Shown here piece by piece: positions 31,014 to 42,972 of a stretch of 64,000 nt of DNA; the stretch's first letter is position 1; every line of letters begins with the position of its first letter. The notes below the pieces were generated by a model that saw only the letters and a list, made by a program, of their open reading frames with translations, did not search any database and was not told the origin of the DNA. A program made the translations under genes and the position numbers. This stretch comes from Ancylonema sp. (Eukaryota): positions 1-64,000 of the forward strand of contig JBFLGF010000037.1 in the NCBI GenBank assembly GCA_050230475.1, given 5' to 3'.

Positions 31014-33584
31014 ATGGAAGTTGAGGGAAATCTCGACCCCCCCCTTGACAACTCCACAACCGCCTTCTTCGATAGCAAGGATTTGGTGACTCAACTTTTC
31101 AAACACATCCGGAAGCACGACAGATGGAGCGCCACGCTCGTGAGCAAGAAGTGGAACAAGGTGTCACTGGCCTCCTCGTCGTGGAGAACACTCACCCTCG
31201 GGCTCACGTTCGAGGACGGACCCTACTTTGAAGAAGTGGAAGTCAGCGGGTCTTAAAAGTGGAAAGCGTTTGTGTCGAGCGTGAAGGAGTTCCTTGTCCA
31301 ACGACCACACATTGTGCAGTACTCGTTTCAAATCCTCACTGTTTCTCCGAGCCCGGCCGATGGGGCCGATCTTGCAACCTCGATGCAACATGTTCGGTGG
31401 CTCAAACTCGGGTTTGCCATGATTCGGCACTGGGCTGTGTTGCGGTTGGCGGATCTCCCGAGCCTGACTTATTTGGAGATCAAAATCGAGGACGTGGCCA
31501 GGCTGTCATCCTTGTCGCTCCATCTACCAGCACTAGAAACGTTGTGGGTGGAGTCCCCCGTGTACTTCCAAGACAGGAATGCGACGAGAGAAATCATGTG
31601 CCCGAAACTGGAGACTGTAGTGATGGAGGAGTGGAAGGCGATAGTACCTCCGTCCTTGTTGGCGCAAGTGAAGCACCTCACTCTGGAATCTTTCAATGTG
31701 AGTGCGAAACTGGGAGGGATTTGGTTGGTCTCAAAAGAAGTTCGGCATGTGGTTTGTTTTTTTCATATGTGGATGACAATCCTCAACTTCTCTATTTTAC
31801 TTTTAATCTCACAGTCAGTATGCAGGTCCGTGACCTCAAATATTTTTTTGGAGGTTTAATGATCATCGTCCTATCTCCGCCCTTCAGCATGCCATACAAT
31901 GTAGTGTTTCATAAGCTTTTCAGCAACAACTTATCCCCCCTACCCTCCCCTAAGTCATTTCAATATCTTATCATTGTCTTTGTACCGTTTCTGGTGCCCT
32001 TCGTTTCTTTGTAGTTCGAATCAATACGTGGAGAACGAGTGAGTGAGTTGTTGGGAGAAGAGGAGGAGGAGGAAGAGGCGGAGGAAGAGGAGGAGGAGGA
32101 GGAGGAAGAGGAGGAAGAGGAGGAGGAGAGAGGAGGAGGACGGCGGGGGAGGAGGATGGGTGGGAGGGAGTTGGTGTTGGACGCATGTCCGCAACTCCTC
32201 TATCTCTACCTCACCATGGAGGGACCATCGAAAGTGAACATGTTGGCACTTGACCTCCCTCTTTTGGAAACCCTGCTACTATGCGCTCCATCTGTGACTA
32301 AATGGAGATTCGTGTGTCCGAAGCTCGCTCATGCCACTCTCTACGGTTTGAGAACGCCCAAAAGCGTGATAGTGGAGTCGAATTGCATCTATGGGGTAAG
32401 CCCTCGGTGTTCTTCGAATGCAATTTGTAAAAGTTGGGAAATTGAAGTAGAGTGGCGGGTTTTTTTTTGTCAATCTGGATAACATGGAAGTGATAGGTGT
32501 TCGTGCTTATGTGATATCATCTCTATAGCAAGCAAAGTCAACGTGTGATAATTGTGACATTAATTCGAAGGTCAAGTTTTTTTTTTTTTTTTGGATGTGT
32601 TGGTCCCTTTTTGTCCGCCTTTGAACTTTTAATTGATATCCCGAACCTCAGGAATCCCCAAAAAATAACCCAAGCCCCTAGAAAACAACAAGTACGAGCA
32701 TAAAATATGTCCTCACTCTCCGTCTTTCCTTCCTTCCTCTTTCTCGATCGCTTTCCCCTTTCCAATGAACAAACCTCTCACACTTGTTCCACGAACGAGA
32801 AGGCGTTCGTTCTCCATGGCTGGGCATCCCTCGAGACTTTGCAACTCAACTGGATGGACAGGGCATCATCTGTGATTGTTGACTCCCCAAGCCTCCGAAA
32901 ATTGACGATCGACGGTGGGGAGAGAGTGAAAAATTGCCAACTATTACTTCCCAACTTATCAGAGCTCAACATCACCAATCTCAAGATCTTGGAGGACGTA
33001 TCGAAGATGTCCGCGACCCTTAAGTCTCTCACGACTCTCAAAGTCAAAAACTGCCCTCTTTTGGATGTTTCTCCGATGATATGCCCCACTCTCTCCACTC
33101 TCGAGTTGCGCAACTGTAAGGTGATTGCCACCATTGCGCTTTCCACGCTAAAGCTTGGAAGTGAAAGTTTTCCAAGAGTAGTGATTTATTTGTCACCCTT
33201 TATTTGTCACCATCCAAGTACTTATGGCCTGCTGCGTACACAATTGGGTTATCTTGTTGGCTTTATTGGCCTCATCATCTCCCTCATCCTCTTTTGTTGT
33301 GATTTTTGGAGCAGGTCGACGTGGACTCACAATGGAGCTTGGTTTGGACGGATTGGTATGGGGGAAAATTATTTAGAAGAGGTTCAAAGGAAGGGTCATG
33401 TCCACGAAAGCTAGATTTGATAACAACACTTATTCGCCGGAGCCCGTCGTTGTCTGAAAAAAATAATTATTTGAGAAGCAATCATCACAAGCACCAAGTG
33501 AAAATAATATTTTTGAGGAGAGGTCAGTGGTGTGTCGCGAATGTTAATGATCATTGTAAGTCTATTAAGAGCCACGGAGATTGA
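31014..33584 (+). pseudogene. F-box/LRR (FBD-like) protein gene with an in-frame TAA at 31254-31256 (pseudogene, null allele or sequence error)
   Basis: F-box-like DLVTQLFKHI...WSATLVSKKWNKV and repeated LPxLExL / CPKLE LRR-like units. ORFs 30879-31256 and 31272-31859 are in the same frame, separated by TAA. Poly-Glu tract at ~32056-32130. Confidence 0.65.
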
Positions 33585-35580
33585 GTGTGTGCAATCGTAA
33601 GCATAAAGCCTTTTCAATATCTCGATTGCTGTGAGCAACAAAACAGTATGGTTCTCACAAATATGTAACTTGCGTTGCGATTCACTACCATCGTTTTCAA
33701 AGCAAAAAATATATCTAAAACTTCAACTAAACATTTCAAGGAAACATGTCAACAAATCAGAGGTTATGTATAGATCCGTTGTGCCTTACAGTGCATAGTT
33801 CCGAGGTAGTGCACATGGGCCGCAACAACTATATCTCACATATCGTATTGGCCGAAGATAACGGCCCTCAACTTATCATGAAAATGACGGGTCATTTACC
33901 TACTGTAAAGTGTTGTATTATTATACAACTACGATTATTGAGCGACTCTACAATGTTTCCATATACCTCTAGTGTGCAATGTCGAGTGCATCTCATTCTT
34001 GAACGAGTAGTCACTTTTGTAAATTCCGCTAATAAGTCTGGAACATCTCCATTTCTAGTGTTATCAAAAGAGACTCAATATGCAAATCGTAGTAGTGTGA
34101 CTAGATGATGACTCCTAAGCCAATTAAATTGTTGCAAAATCAATTAAAGCAACCAGGTCATCAACTAGACTTCACTGACATCATCGGCGAAGAAAAATAC
34201 AAAACGTAAACTTTTCCAGATTTTTCCAATACTTGTCGGTTTTTCAAAGTTTGCCAAATTCCGTCGACAAGTTCTATCTCGTCTCCATATGGCACGTCAC
34301 TTCTACCCCCCGCCAAAAAACCATTCCGTACAATATAATAATCCCTAGTAAAGTAAAAATTATGGTGAAAAAAAAAGTTTGAGATCGTGATGACACACTT
34401 CGTTATGTGCAACGGGTCACAAATGCTTGTAGCAACCACGTGTGTGTACGTGGTCGTATTTTCCTACATACGTGCCATACCTTGTATGCACGCGTGTAAA
34501 CTATCAAATGCGCTCACTCTTGTGTGACGTTATTTCAACAAGAAAAGTAGGCAACTATCAGCGTTCTCACATGCTGTTGTTTCTATATTTTCCACACTAT
34601 ACATTTTTTGTTAAGGTAAAATTGGTTTTGCCGGGCCTCATGAATGTATCGTGCGACGATGGAACTCGTTGTTATTTCCCGAAAACTCAGCGAAAGAAAG
34701 AATACTACATCAAAAGTTTTTTGTATGCTCCACCAACCGTAAACACGCATATTTTTAAGTGTGCCAAATATCGAATAGAATGAGATCCATAAACACGTAA
34801 ACTACTGTAGATCACAATGTGTACAAGGCGAACTTCATATTACTCCACATCATCATTCTTGTTTTGAAGCATTGTCAAACATCCCGACAAACACCACCAC
34901 TCCCTTACTATCTTTTGAAGTTTGAACTTCTAATATGAATATAATTTGCAAACGATACACATCTTCGTACGAACGGCCAACAAACAACCAAATATTACTT
35001 CTCGGCGCCTGCAATGCGATGAGTCGGCTGCAACTTGTTTGTCCAAACCTGGTTGAACACCCTCTTGTGTGCAAATCAACGTTAATCCCTCATTTTGCAG
35101 CGTACTCATGAGGGTGTGGGGGGGGCATTACGACTTGTGGCGGAAAAAGTCTCATGCGTAGGCCGAAGTACGGTTCAAAGAACTCTCGGAGACCAAGCGT
35201 CGATAGTAAAACATGAAAGCTCGGAATTTCAAAGATCACTATGAAATTCCTATTTTCGATGGGTGAGATAGACAACCGGTATGAAAACTCCATTAAACTA
35301 TAGACCATTGCTTACTAAGAAGGCTGAAAATTGGGATTTTTTGTCAGATCCATGTCATGACAAAAGTCTTTAATGGAGGGCATATACTTGTTAGCGAGAA
35401 TGGACGACCGGCAGAACGCAATGTGGTCGTGCAACATCCATTCATGACTTACGCTGAGAAATTATAATTTCAGTTTCAGTACCGGTATAAGCATTTTGCT
35501 ATGGAAATAAATTACAATATACATATGTACAAAGGGCAACAATGGAAGATTGACGTGCCCCACTTGCTTGGAGACTCTAC

Positions 35581-37888
35581 TCAAGAAATCTCCGATACTT
35601 CCGAATTCCGCAAACTCGCATACAACATTTGGTTCCAAACATCCGGCACACCCGGCAAACACCAATGCAAGCAGTCTTGAGGTTTCTTGTTTGCCTTTCC
35701 GACTGCTGCCCATTGAGAGGGATGGGCATCGGCGCGGGAATGGGAGAGCGCGGTGATGTCAAGTAGTTTCACAACACCACTGCGAAGTACTGCTTCTTGG
35801 GCGAAATTCTCCACTAGAGGCTTCGCCTCGACGGAGGAACTCTCAAGCGGCATCTGCATCCATGGAAGGGAAATGGGGGTCTACTTAATGACCATTCTCA
35901 ACGTGGCGCACGTGTGTTCTAAAGCTGGTGGACTACAAGTGACATGAAAGGTACATCCCTCCACCCCCCCCCCCCAAAACAGAAAAAAAAAGACGAGGGT
36001 GTTGCACTCCGATCGGACGACTGTGACTCACCGTCACGTTTTCGCACCCCCCCCCCATGTTCCACTCCCCACCCACGAAATGGCGCGGTGAGAAGCCGCT
36101 CAAATACACATGCGGGGATCCCTTCCCTCCTCTCCCTTCCCCCCCAAAGCTGCCCCCACTAAATTCAGCACCCGGTGTAGTGGCCCTAGATGGTAGGGTG
36201 CCACCCTCACCCTCCTCTCTTCCTCTCCATGATGCCACCTGGGAATCGATCCAGTTGACGGTGGAGTGGGCAGCCATTTTGCGTGCCTCGGACATCTGGA
36301 GGGGCTTTTTACCGCCGACATCGGCGGGTTCCCCTTGAAGGAAGTACTGACCATTGCTGCTCCGCAGTTTGGTCCTGGGAAGAGGAGGGGGAGAATGCAT
36401 GAGAAAACATTCTTTGTATTGACCATGACGTGAGAGATCGAATAGGATTTTGTTACCTGCTCCAGTGGTGCCCCGTGTTGAGGATGAGGACGTCTAGGCC
36501 TCGAAAATGAGTGGCCAGGAACGAATCTGGACGGTCCAGATGTAGGGCGGAACCGCCATTTGGATCGGAGAGGTTATAGAGCTCCACGTGGCACAGGCAC
36601 GTGCTCCAGGAGAACAAAACAGTCGTGTTGGTGCGTAGGAAGCGGTATGCCCACCCCTTCCCGAGCCCGTTCACACTGTGGGACCGCAAACTGTATTGCT
36701 TGCTCACATCCTTCATGCCAGAAGACTTGAGGGCTTTGGGGTCAGCGTCGGGGGCGAGCATGCAGAGAAGTGCTTGGAACTGCTGTTGCCCGAGGGAGTC
36801 CCCAATGAAGGCAACCGTTCGGTCTTGCATTCTGCCAAGGGCCATGAGGAAAGGAGTCAACAGTAAGAAGGCTTGTTGGACACTTTGTCGATACTTCCCT
36901 CGCTGACGTGTTTCCCCGCGCAGATGTGAATTCTTGTTGTGTATTCCCGTGGTTATCATTTTGAGACAAATAGCTGAACCTCTTATTTGCCGTCTCATGG
37001 CTGACATCAGCAGTGGAATAGTTATGTATCATAGCTTACGGTTTTCATTACAACAACCCCTGGTTCTTACTGACCTCTGGAGGAAATCGTCCCTGTCGAA
37101 GTCTGGCCAGTTCTCCCCACGGGGCTGCCACCTGTACTGTTCGTATGCAAAACTGGGTCTAGCGGTCGCCTTGCAAGCCCATTGGGGGGCTATCCACTTA
37201 CAGCTGGTACCAGAGTAGAGAGGCTCGTAAGAAGGTTCATGAACCCATTCCCCATCTCCGCCTCTACCTACTACTTGGGAAAGTGCTGCAAGGGGGGGAT
37301 TGGCATTCTCGGTATCGAATGCTGATGTGTTTCCGACATTCTGCGTTGGCCATCGCCCCTTACCTGCTTCCCACCATACATTCAGAAACCCTTCAAAACA
37401 CCACCCGCATGCCTCAGGCTGTTATCTCTCCTGTCCTGCCTGTACAAAAGTTTCCTTCTACAGAACCGTTGTACCATCTTTGTTACATCAGAGGCGTAAA
37501 TCTGGGAATACATCTTGGTACTTCGATCTGGAAACTATAATGCTTGTGGTCAGCAAAGTCTGAGCTATATTTTTTGAAAGACTGCTATAAACTTCTTTAG
37601 AAATGCAAATTTACCAGAGACTCCCTGAATGGGTGACAACTGTGTCAGACAACAACTCCAACTGTGTCACATAGAAAGTCCTTTAAACCACGCCAACGTA
37701 CCGGATGTGGCATTGGCCTTCGAAATTTGCTCCGTGATCCCAGAGCGAGATAGTCTGAGAAAGGCCGCTTCCTGCTGAACCAAGACGCAAACGCATATGA
37801 CACACAGAACGGCACACACAATTCGGTATCCGATGGCGCCATGCACCCAAGACGTCTTAGACGAGTCCGAATGCGACAAGGCTATCAT
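35581..37888 (-). CDS. TBL: Trichome birefringence-like (TBL) / PC-esterase polysaccharide O-acetyltransferase; 5' exon structure uncertain
   Basis: GDS motif [76 protein letters not shown]-terminal TM helix [15 protein letters not shown]. Confidence 0.92.
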
Positions 37889-38455
37889 ACTGTCCACACA
37901 GCCTGACGTAGCAGAATTTGTGCAGCTCAAAAGTTGAAGTTTGTGGACGCTGGATCTGCTGGCAGCTGTCTCACATCAGAAGGATGCCTGGCAGGTCCGA
38001 TAAACTTCATCTCAGCAGACCAGTCATCCAAACTGAATAATTTCCTTCGTGACAGAAAACAACTGCCGACCAGAATCAAATGGAAGCTCAGCTTACTGCA
38101 GCATTTTAGTCGCTGGTCTCTTGTTCTATTGTCCTTTGTGCTTCCAGCATGGCATCGCCACCACCTGGGAACCAAGTATTGGTTGCGAAGAGCCAAGGAG
38201 TTTGCAGAAAGTAACTGGTTTATCGGAGAATCACGCTCAACCCCGGAGAAAGGGCCGTTGCAGAAACAGCGAGGATCGACCATGGCCCCTAGTTGCTTCT
38301 CTCCAACGGATGGATTTTGGAAGCTGGATTTATTTCCTGCAGAAAATGAATTCCTACGCCCGGGCCCAGGTACCTCGAGTACGGACTGCCTTCTGGTACG
38401 GACTCCGAGCTCCGGGCTCCGAGCTCTGGAGCCCGGAGACTGGACGTATTGGGGG

Positions 38456-39434
38456 TAGGGTGGCGGTCTACCCTTAACCCGGAAAACCCTTCACCCGTAA
38501 CCTTGAGGTATTAACCCGCATATAACCCGGCAGCCAAAAACCGGGTTAAAAACCCGCAATAATCCGGAATAACCCTCGTACCCGAAATTACCTGGAATAC
38601 CCCAGGGTATTTGAGGGTATATGAGGGTATTTGAGGGTATTTAAGGGTATTCCAGGATACATCAGGGTAGGTTATAGTAGGTTCTTCCGGGATTTTTTTG
38701 TCATTTATAGGTATCTAATCGCCTAATTTTCGGTTACAAATGTGTGCGGCCTAGCAGTGGCCCAAAAAAACCTTGTTAAATACAACGCGAACCCTATCCC
38801 CTTTGTCGTCTACAAGTTGTCGCTGGCGGCTTAGAGAGTCTCGAGGCCACGTGAATAGAACGTGTGTAGAGGTCGTGGATAACTATGTGGGTGGGTGGTT
38901 AATTTTTTTCTTGAGGCTTGGGGACATAGTAACAACCATTTTTCGTCATGGACCTGTCACTTGATACGCAAGAGTCAGATGGTGAAGAAGAACCATCTCA
39001 TGAGAAATGTGTGGAACACATTCGGCGCAATGTGGATCTTTCGGAAGAATAAGATGAGCGAGTCACTATGGTTGACATGCTCCATGTTATTTACAACGAT
39101 ACCGTCAAATACTAGTGTATACAACGTCTAGGCTTTACAATTGCGTTTCTTTCAAAGACACTCTCTTAATATTCAAATTTTGGTGATGCAATTTTTGTTT
39201 TTTTTTTTTTTTTGGGATTTTTCTAGCCTTTGATAGGGTATAATACCATGCTAGGGTTATTCCGGGTATTTGAGGGCTTTTGGGGTATATTTGGGGATAT
39301 TTTCGGGTATTTAATGGGTTTTGAGGGTACGGTGGGGGTAATTAGGGGTACGTTAGGGTATTTGCGGGTTAATTGAGGGTATATGTGGGTTATTTTTAAA
39401 CCGGACAAAAAAAATGCGGGTTACCGCCACCCTA
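38456..39434. mobile_element. hAT-superfamily MITE, 979 bp
   Basis: TIR TAGGGTGGCGGT ... ACCGCCACCCTA. Perfect 8-bp TSD ATTGGGGG at 38448-38455 and 39435-39442. Subterminal ACCC/GGGT repeats. Confidence 0.93.
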
Positions 39435-39788
39435 ATTGGGGGAGCTGGCCGCCTACAAAATATCCTCCAACCCGCTAGAAATATCTACGGAGCACGTCTT
39501 CGTTATCTACTACGTGGCAGTCCTGTAGCCATTATCGAGCGGATAGGATCATTTGCCGTTACTCGATAGGAGCCATCGTCGCCTCATCCCTTCGCTCGAT
39601 GCAGACTGGCTGGCGGAGACCGCGCAGTCCGTGGGAAGCGTCGGTGGAAAAAGCAAAAAGCACCAAAAAGTGCGAGCAGCGAGATTTCCAACCATTTCCC
39701 TGTGACTGATTCCCTCATTCCCTCGTTCCCCTCGTTCCCCTAGTTCCCTTGTTGTCCGACCGATTCTTACCTCATACAGCTCCGCACA

Positions 39789-41548
39789 ATGGCTGCCCAT
39801 CTCATTCAATTCCCCTCCACGGCTGCACTCTCCTCCTGCACCAACCCCCTAGAACGCCATCAAAATGCAGTTCGTGCGCGGGAGTTTGTGAACGCTGAGC
39901 TGAGTTACCGGCGGATATCTGGCCCGGTTTCCATCTCTGCATCCTCTTCAGACACAGCTGCCTCTAGCAGCGGCAGCCATACAGAGCAAACACCTCTTCG
40001 GAAGCAGCAAGCTCCCCAAGAGCCAAAGAGGAAAGGTGTGAGCAAGCGCCAGCTCTTGAACTGGGGAGGAGCTGCCGGCTTGGCAGCCATCGCAGGCCCA
40101 CTATGCGGCGTTGATGAGGCGAAGGCCGATGTCTGGGGCTACGGACAACTCTCCGGACCAGTATCGTGGGGAGGCCTCTGCGCGGCGGGTGAGCTGCAGT
40201 ACCGGCCCGAAAATGTCTGCCTGTCCGTCACATTGCCGAAGATCGCTCACCTCTGCTGTCCCGCTTGACTCCTTGCATACCTTCGCTTGAAAAATGGTTG
40301 AAATGAGGTGATAGTCGAACGTGCTTTATCTTCTTGCGTGCCCGCTGTTACTCGCAGGCCTCCGTCAGTCTCCAGTGGACGTTTCGTTGGAGGATGCCAC
40401 TCGAAACGCCAAATCAGATGCCTCCCTCAAGTTTAAGTACGCCGCGTGCGCGCCCAGCTTCCTTAACACGGGACACGGCACAATGCAGGTGGACTTCCCC
40501 CCCAACATGTGCGGGCTAGAAATTGGCGGGCGCAAGCTCGACCTTCTGCAGTACCACTTCCACTCCCCCTCCGAGCACGCCTTTGATGGCGTCCACGCAG
40601 CCATGGAGGCGCATCTCGTCCACCGTAAGGCCACACCTGGCGCTTCCACGTGGTGCATGGAGTCAAATGGCTGCTGATATGTAGCTGCTGTATGTTTCCC
40701 CAGTAAAGAGACGGGCAAGTTCGGGTTCAGTGGGCGGAGACTGACTGTACTGAATGTCGTTCATTTTGGGTTCAGGCGATGTCGACGGTCGGTTGGCTGT
40801 GGTCGGTGTGATGATGTCGGGTCGGTCTGCGGAGCCCAACAACCCTTGTCTGCAAGCCGCACTAGACTTCGCCCCTCGACAGCGATACCAAAGAAAGTCA
40901 GTAACCGCAAACCAGACCCCCGCCCCGCCTCAAAGCCAACTGACCAATCAAGTAACCAACTAACCAACCGGTGGCTGTGATTGGTTCTCAGGACCGGCGC
41001 CCTCAGGTGCTTGGATGCGGATCCGGACCCCTCCCAGCCCAAGCCCTGCCCAGCCGTGCAGGTGGACCCCAGTGGCCTCCTGCCACCCTCCAAGGGGATG
41101 CCCCTGGCGTACGTCCACTACAGCGGATCCCTCACCACCCCCCCATGCTCGGAAGGGGTCGACTGGTACCTGCTGAGTAAGAGGAGAGGAAACTTTTGTG
41201 GGGTGTGATTGGTGGAGAGACTGATTCTGTTTTGGTTTCATGGGCTCATTGCAGCTGAGCCCGTCGGAGTGCCAGCTCAGCAGGTGCTGGCTTTCCTTCG
41301 TTATGTGGGGGATAGGAACTCGCTGGCCAGCAATGCGGTAAGGGGGGGGGGATCAGCTAATGAGGATGCAGGGGGTTGGGACTTAGGCTGTAGATCGTTC
41401 GTAGAGGTGTAGATGTTTGTAGAAGTCAGTTGGCTGCGTCTTGCTTGGATAGTTTATCCGTTTCGATTGGCTGACTTTCTTTTTGTGGGTGTGGGTGTAG
41501 CGACCTTTGCAAGAAATGGGGGGAAGGATGCTGTTCCTGGAGCCGTAA
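39789..41548 (+). CDS. CAH3: Alpha-carbonic anhydrase, CAH3-like, predicted thylakoid lumen; ~6 exons
   Basis: WGYGQLSGPVSWGGLC, QSPVD, NTGHGTMQV, Zn-binding QYHFHSPSEH and MEAHLVH, YSGSLTTPPCSEGVDW, N-A-R-P-L-Q. Bipartite presequence with SKRQLL, a hydrophobic stretch and AKA. Confidence 0.9.
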
Positions 41549-42261
41549 ATACTGCGATAGCGAAACAGTGGGCACAAGACGAACAATGAAACTGGAGAGA
41601 GAAAGATATGGAGAAGACCAGCCAGCAACAGCAAATCGCAAACCTGCAAAAGAGAACAATTTTGAAAGCGCTCCTCTGAGTGTACGATGCATTTGTAGAT
41701 TTTTCTTGAAATATGTTATGGCTTCTCGTTCTAGAGTAGGTTGAGGGGATTTGAAAAATCTTTTGTAGTCAAGAATTTAGAGATCATGACAGGCAATATG
41801 CCCTTTTTGTCAGTCCACCAATTATAGTATGCAATTGATATTTAAGTACGACCAGGATATCAAGAAGAGGGCAATGAAATACCTAGAATAGGAAGGCGTG
41901 TGGACCATTTATTCGCTTTTATAGGTGTAACCTTTTAATCAATCGACATTCACCGCCACCCCATCAAAAGTTTGATAATCTCTCAAGTAAAAAAACAAAG
42001 CAAAGGGCAAGACCATAAAGTTACGCTTCCAGTCCTTGAAATATTTATTTCTATGTTTTTGGTCTCCTCGTTTTATCCAAAATCGTTGGTAGGAGAATGT
42101 ACACTACCTACGAGTGATGAACTTGGTTTCCAACAACTCTCGAGCTTTGCATTGCCAGCCCATAATTATTTTGAACGGCTGATGTGAGACTTGACCGAAG
42201 TTTCGCAGAAGTTTCTTCTTCACAACCATCTAAAGTTATCTAAAGTTCGCTTTGCAGTTTA

Positions 42262-42317
42262 TCTAATGTCGCTCAAGGGAGGCGTGTCATATCGCTCCTC
42301 CCTTGAGCGACATTAGA
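42262..42317. repeat. Perfect 21-bp stem hairpin, followed by a 9-10 bp tandem array (AAACATTAGA/AAACATAAGA) to ~42380
   Basis: TCTAATGTCGCTCAAGGGAGG - 14 nt loop - CCTCCCTTGAGCGACATTAGA. Confidence 0.9.
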
Positions 42318-42972
42318 AAACATTAGAAAACATAAGAAAACATAAGAAAACATTAGAAAACATAAGAAAACATAATAAAAAATATACCCACGTAAGTAAT
42401 AATCTGGCCCCGGAGGGGCCTGCATATGTAACATAAGAGATACCAGAAAATAACTTACGTGGATATTTTTGCGGAGCGGGAACCTGCTAAAAGTCTCTCA
42501 GCACAAAAGTCGTTGTGAGCACGTGGACATCTCAAGACATTGGATGCAAAGAGAGAATGCATGTCATAGACGGGAGTCATTCGCATTATGTGAAAAGGGC
42601 CTCTTATGTCTACGATAGATTCAAGCACACTTCCTCTATTTCTTTCTTCAGCTTCCAACCATGCCAGAAGCAATAAATGGATCACTCATACCACAGGATA
42701 CAACTACACAGCAATGGCCAGAAAGTACACTAGTCTGCGTTACACTGCGGGTAATACAATGCAGGTCATACAAATAATCATCTAAAGACATTAAACTGCC
42801 CTACCTGAGCAAGTTGAATACAGGGCTTCTCTCTCATACATCTGGTATTATGTAACCCATGCTTTGCTGCCCCGGAGCACACCAGGGCACAATTTCACAT
42901 GGGTCAAATTTCTATTACATAAAAAATAACATCTCCACTACCCTGCTGCGTCTGTCCCATTTTAGACTGCCC

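Noticed and set aside
31254..31256. Alternative genetic code (TAA/TAG = Gln as in some ulvophytes)
   Set aside because: The permease and RH39 end in TAG and the CA ends in TAA at expected positions. No other conserved exon contains an in-frame TAR.
37927..38477. ORFs of 118-174 aa upstream of TBL
   Set aside because: No recognisable motifs, and they overlap the likely 5' UTR/promoter. The TM-encoding frame starting at 37888 fits TBL better.
38456..39434. Interstitial telomeric repeats (TAACCC/TAGGGT-like)
   Set aside because: Motifs are scattered subterminal repeats of the hAT MITE, not a tandem TTTAGGG array.
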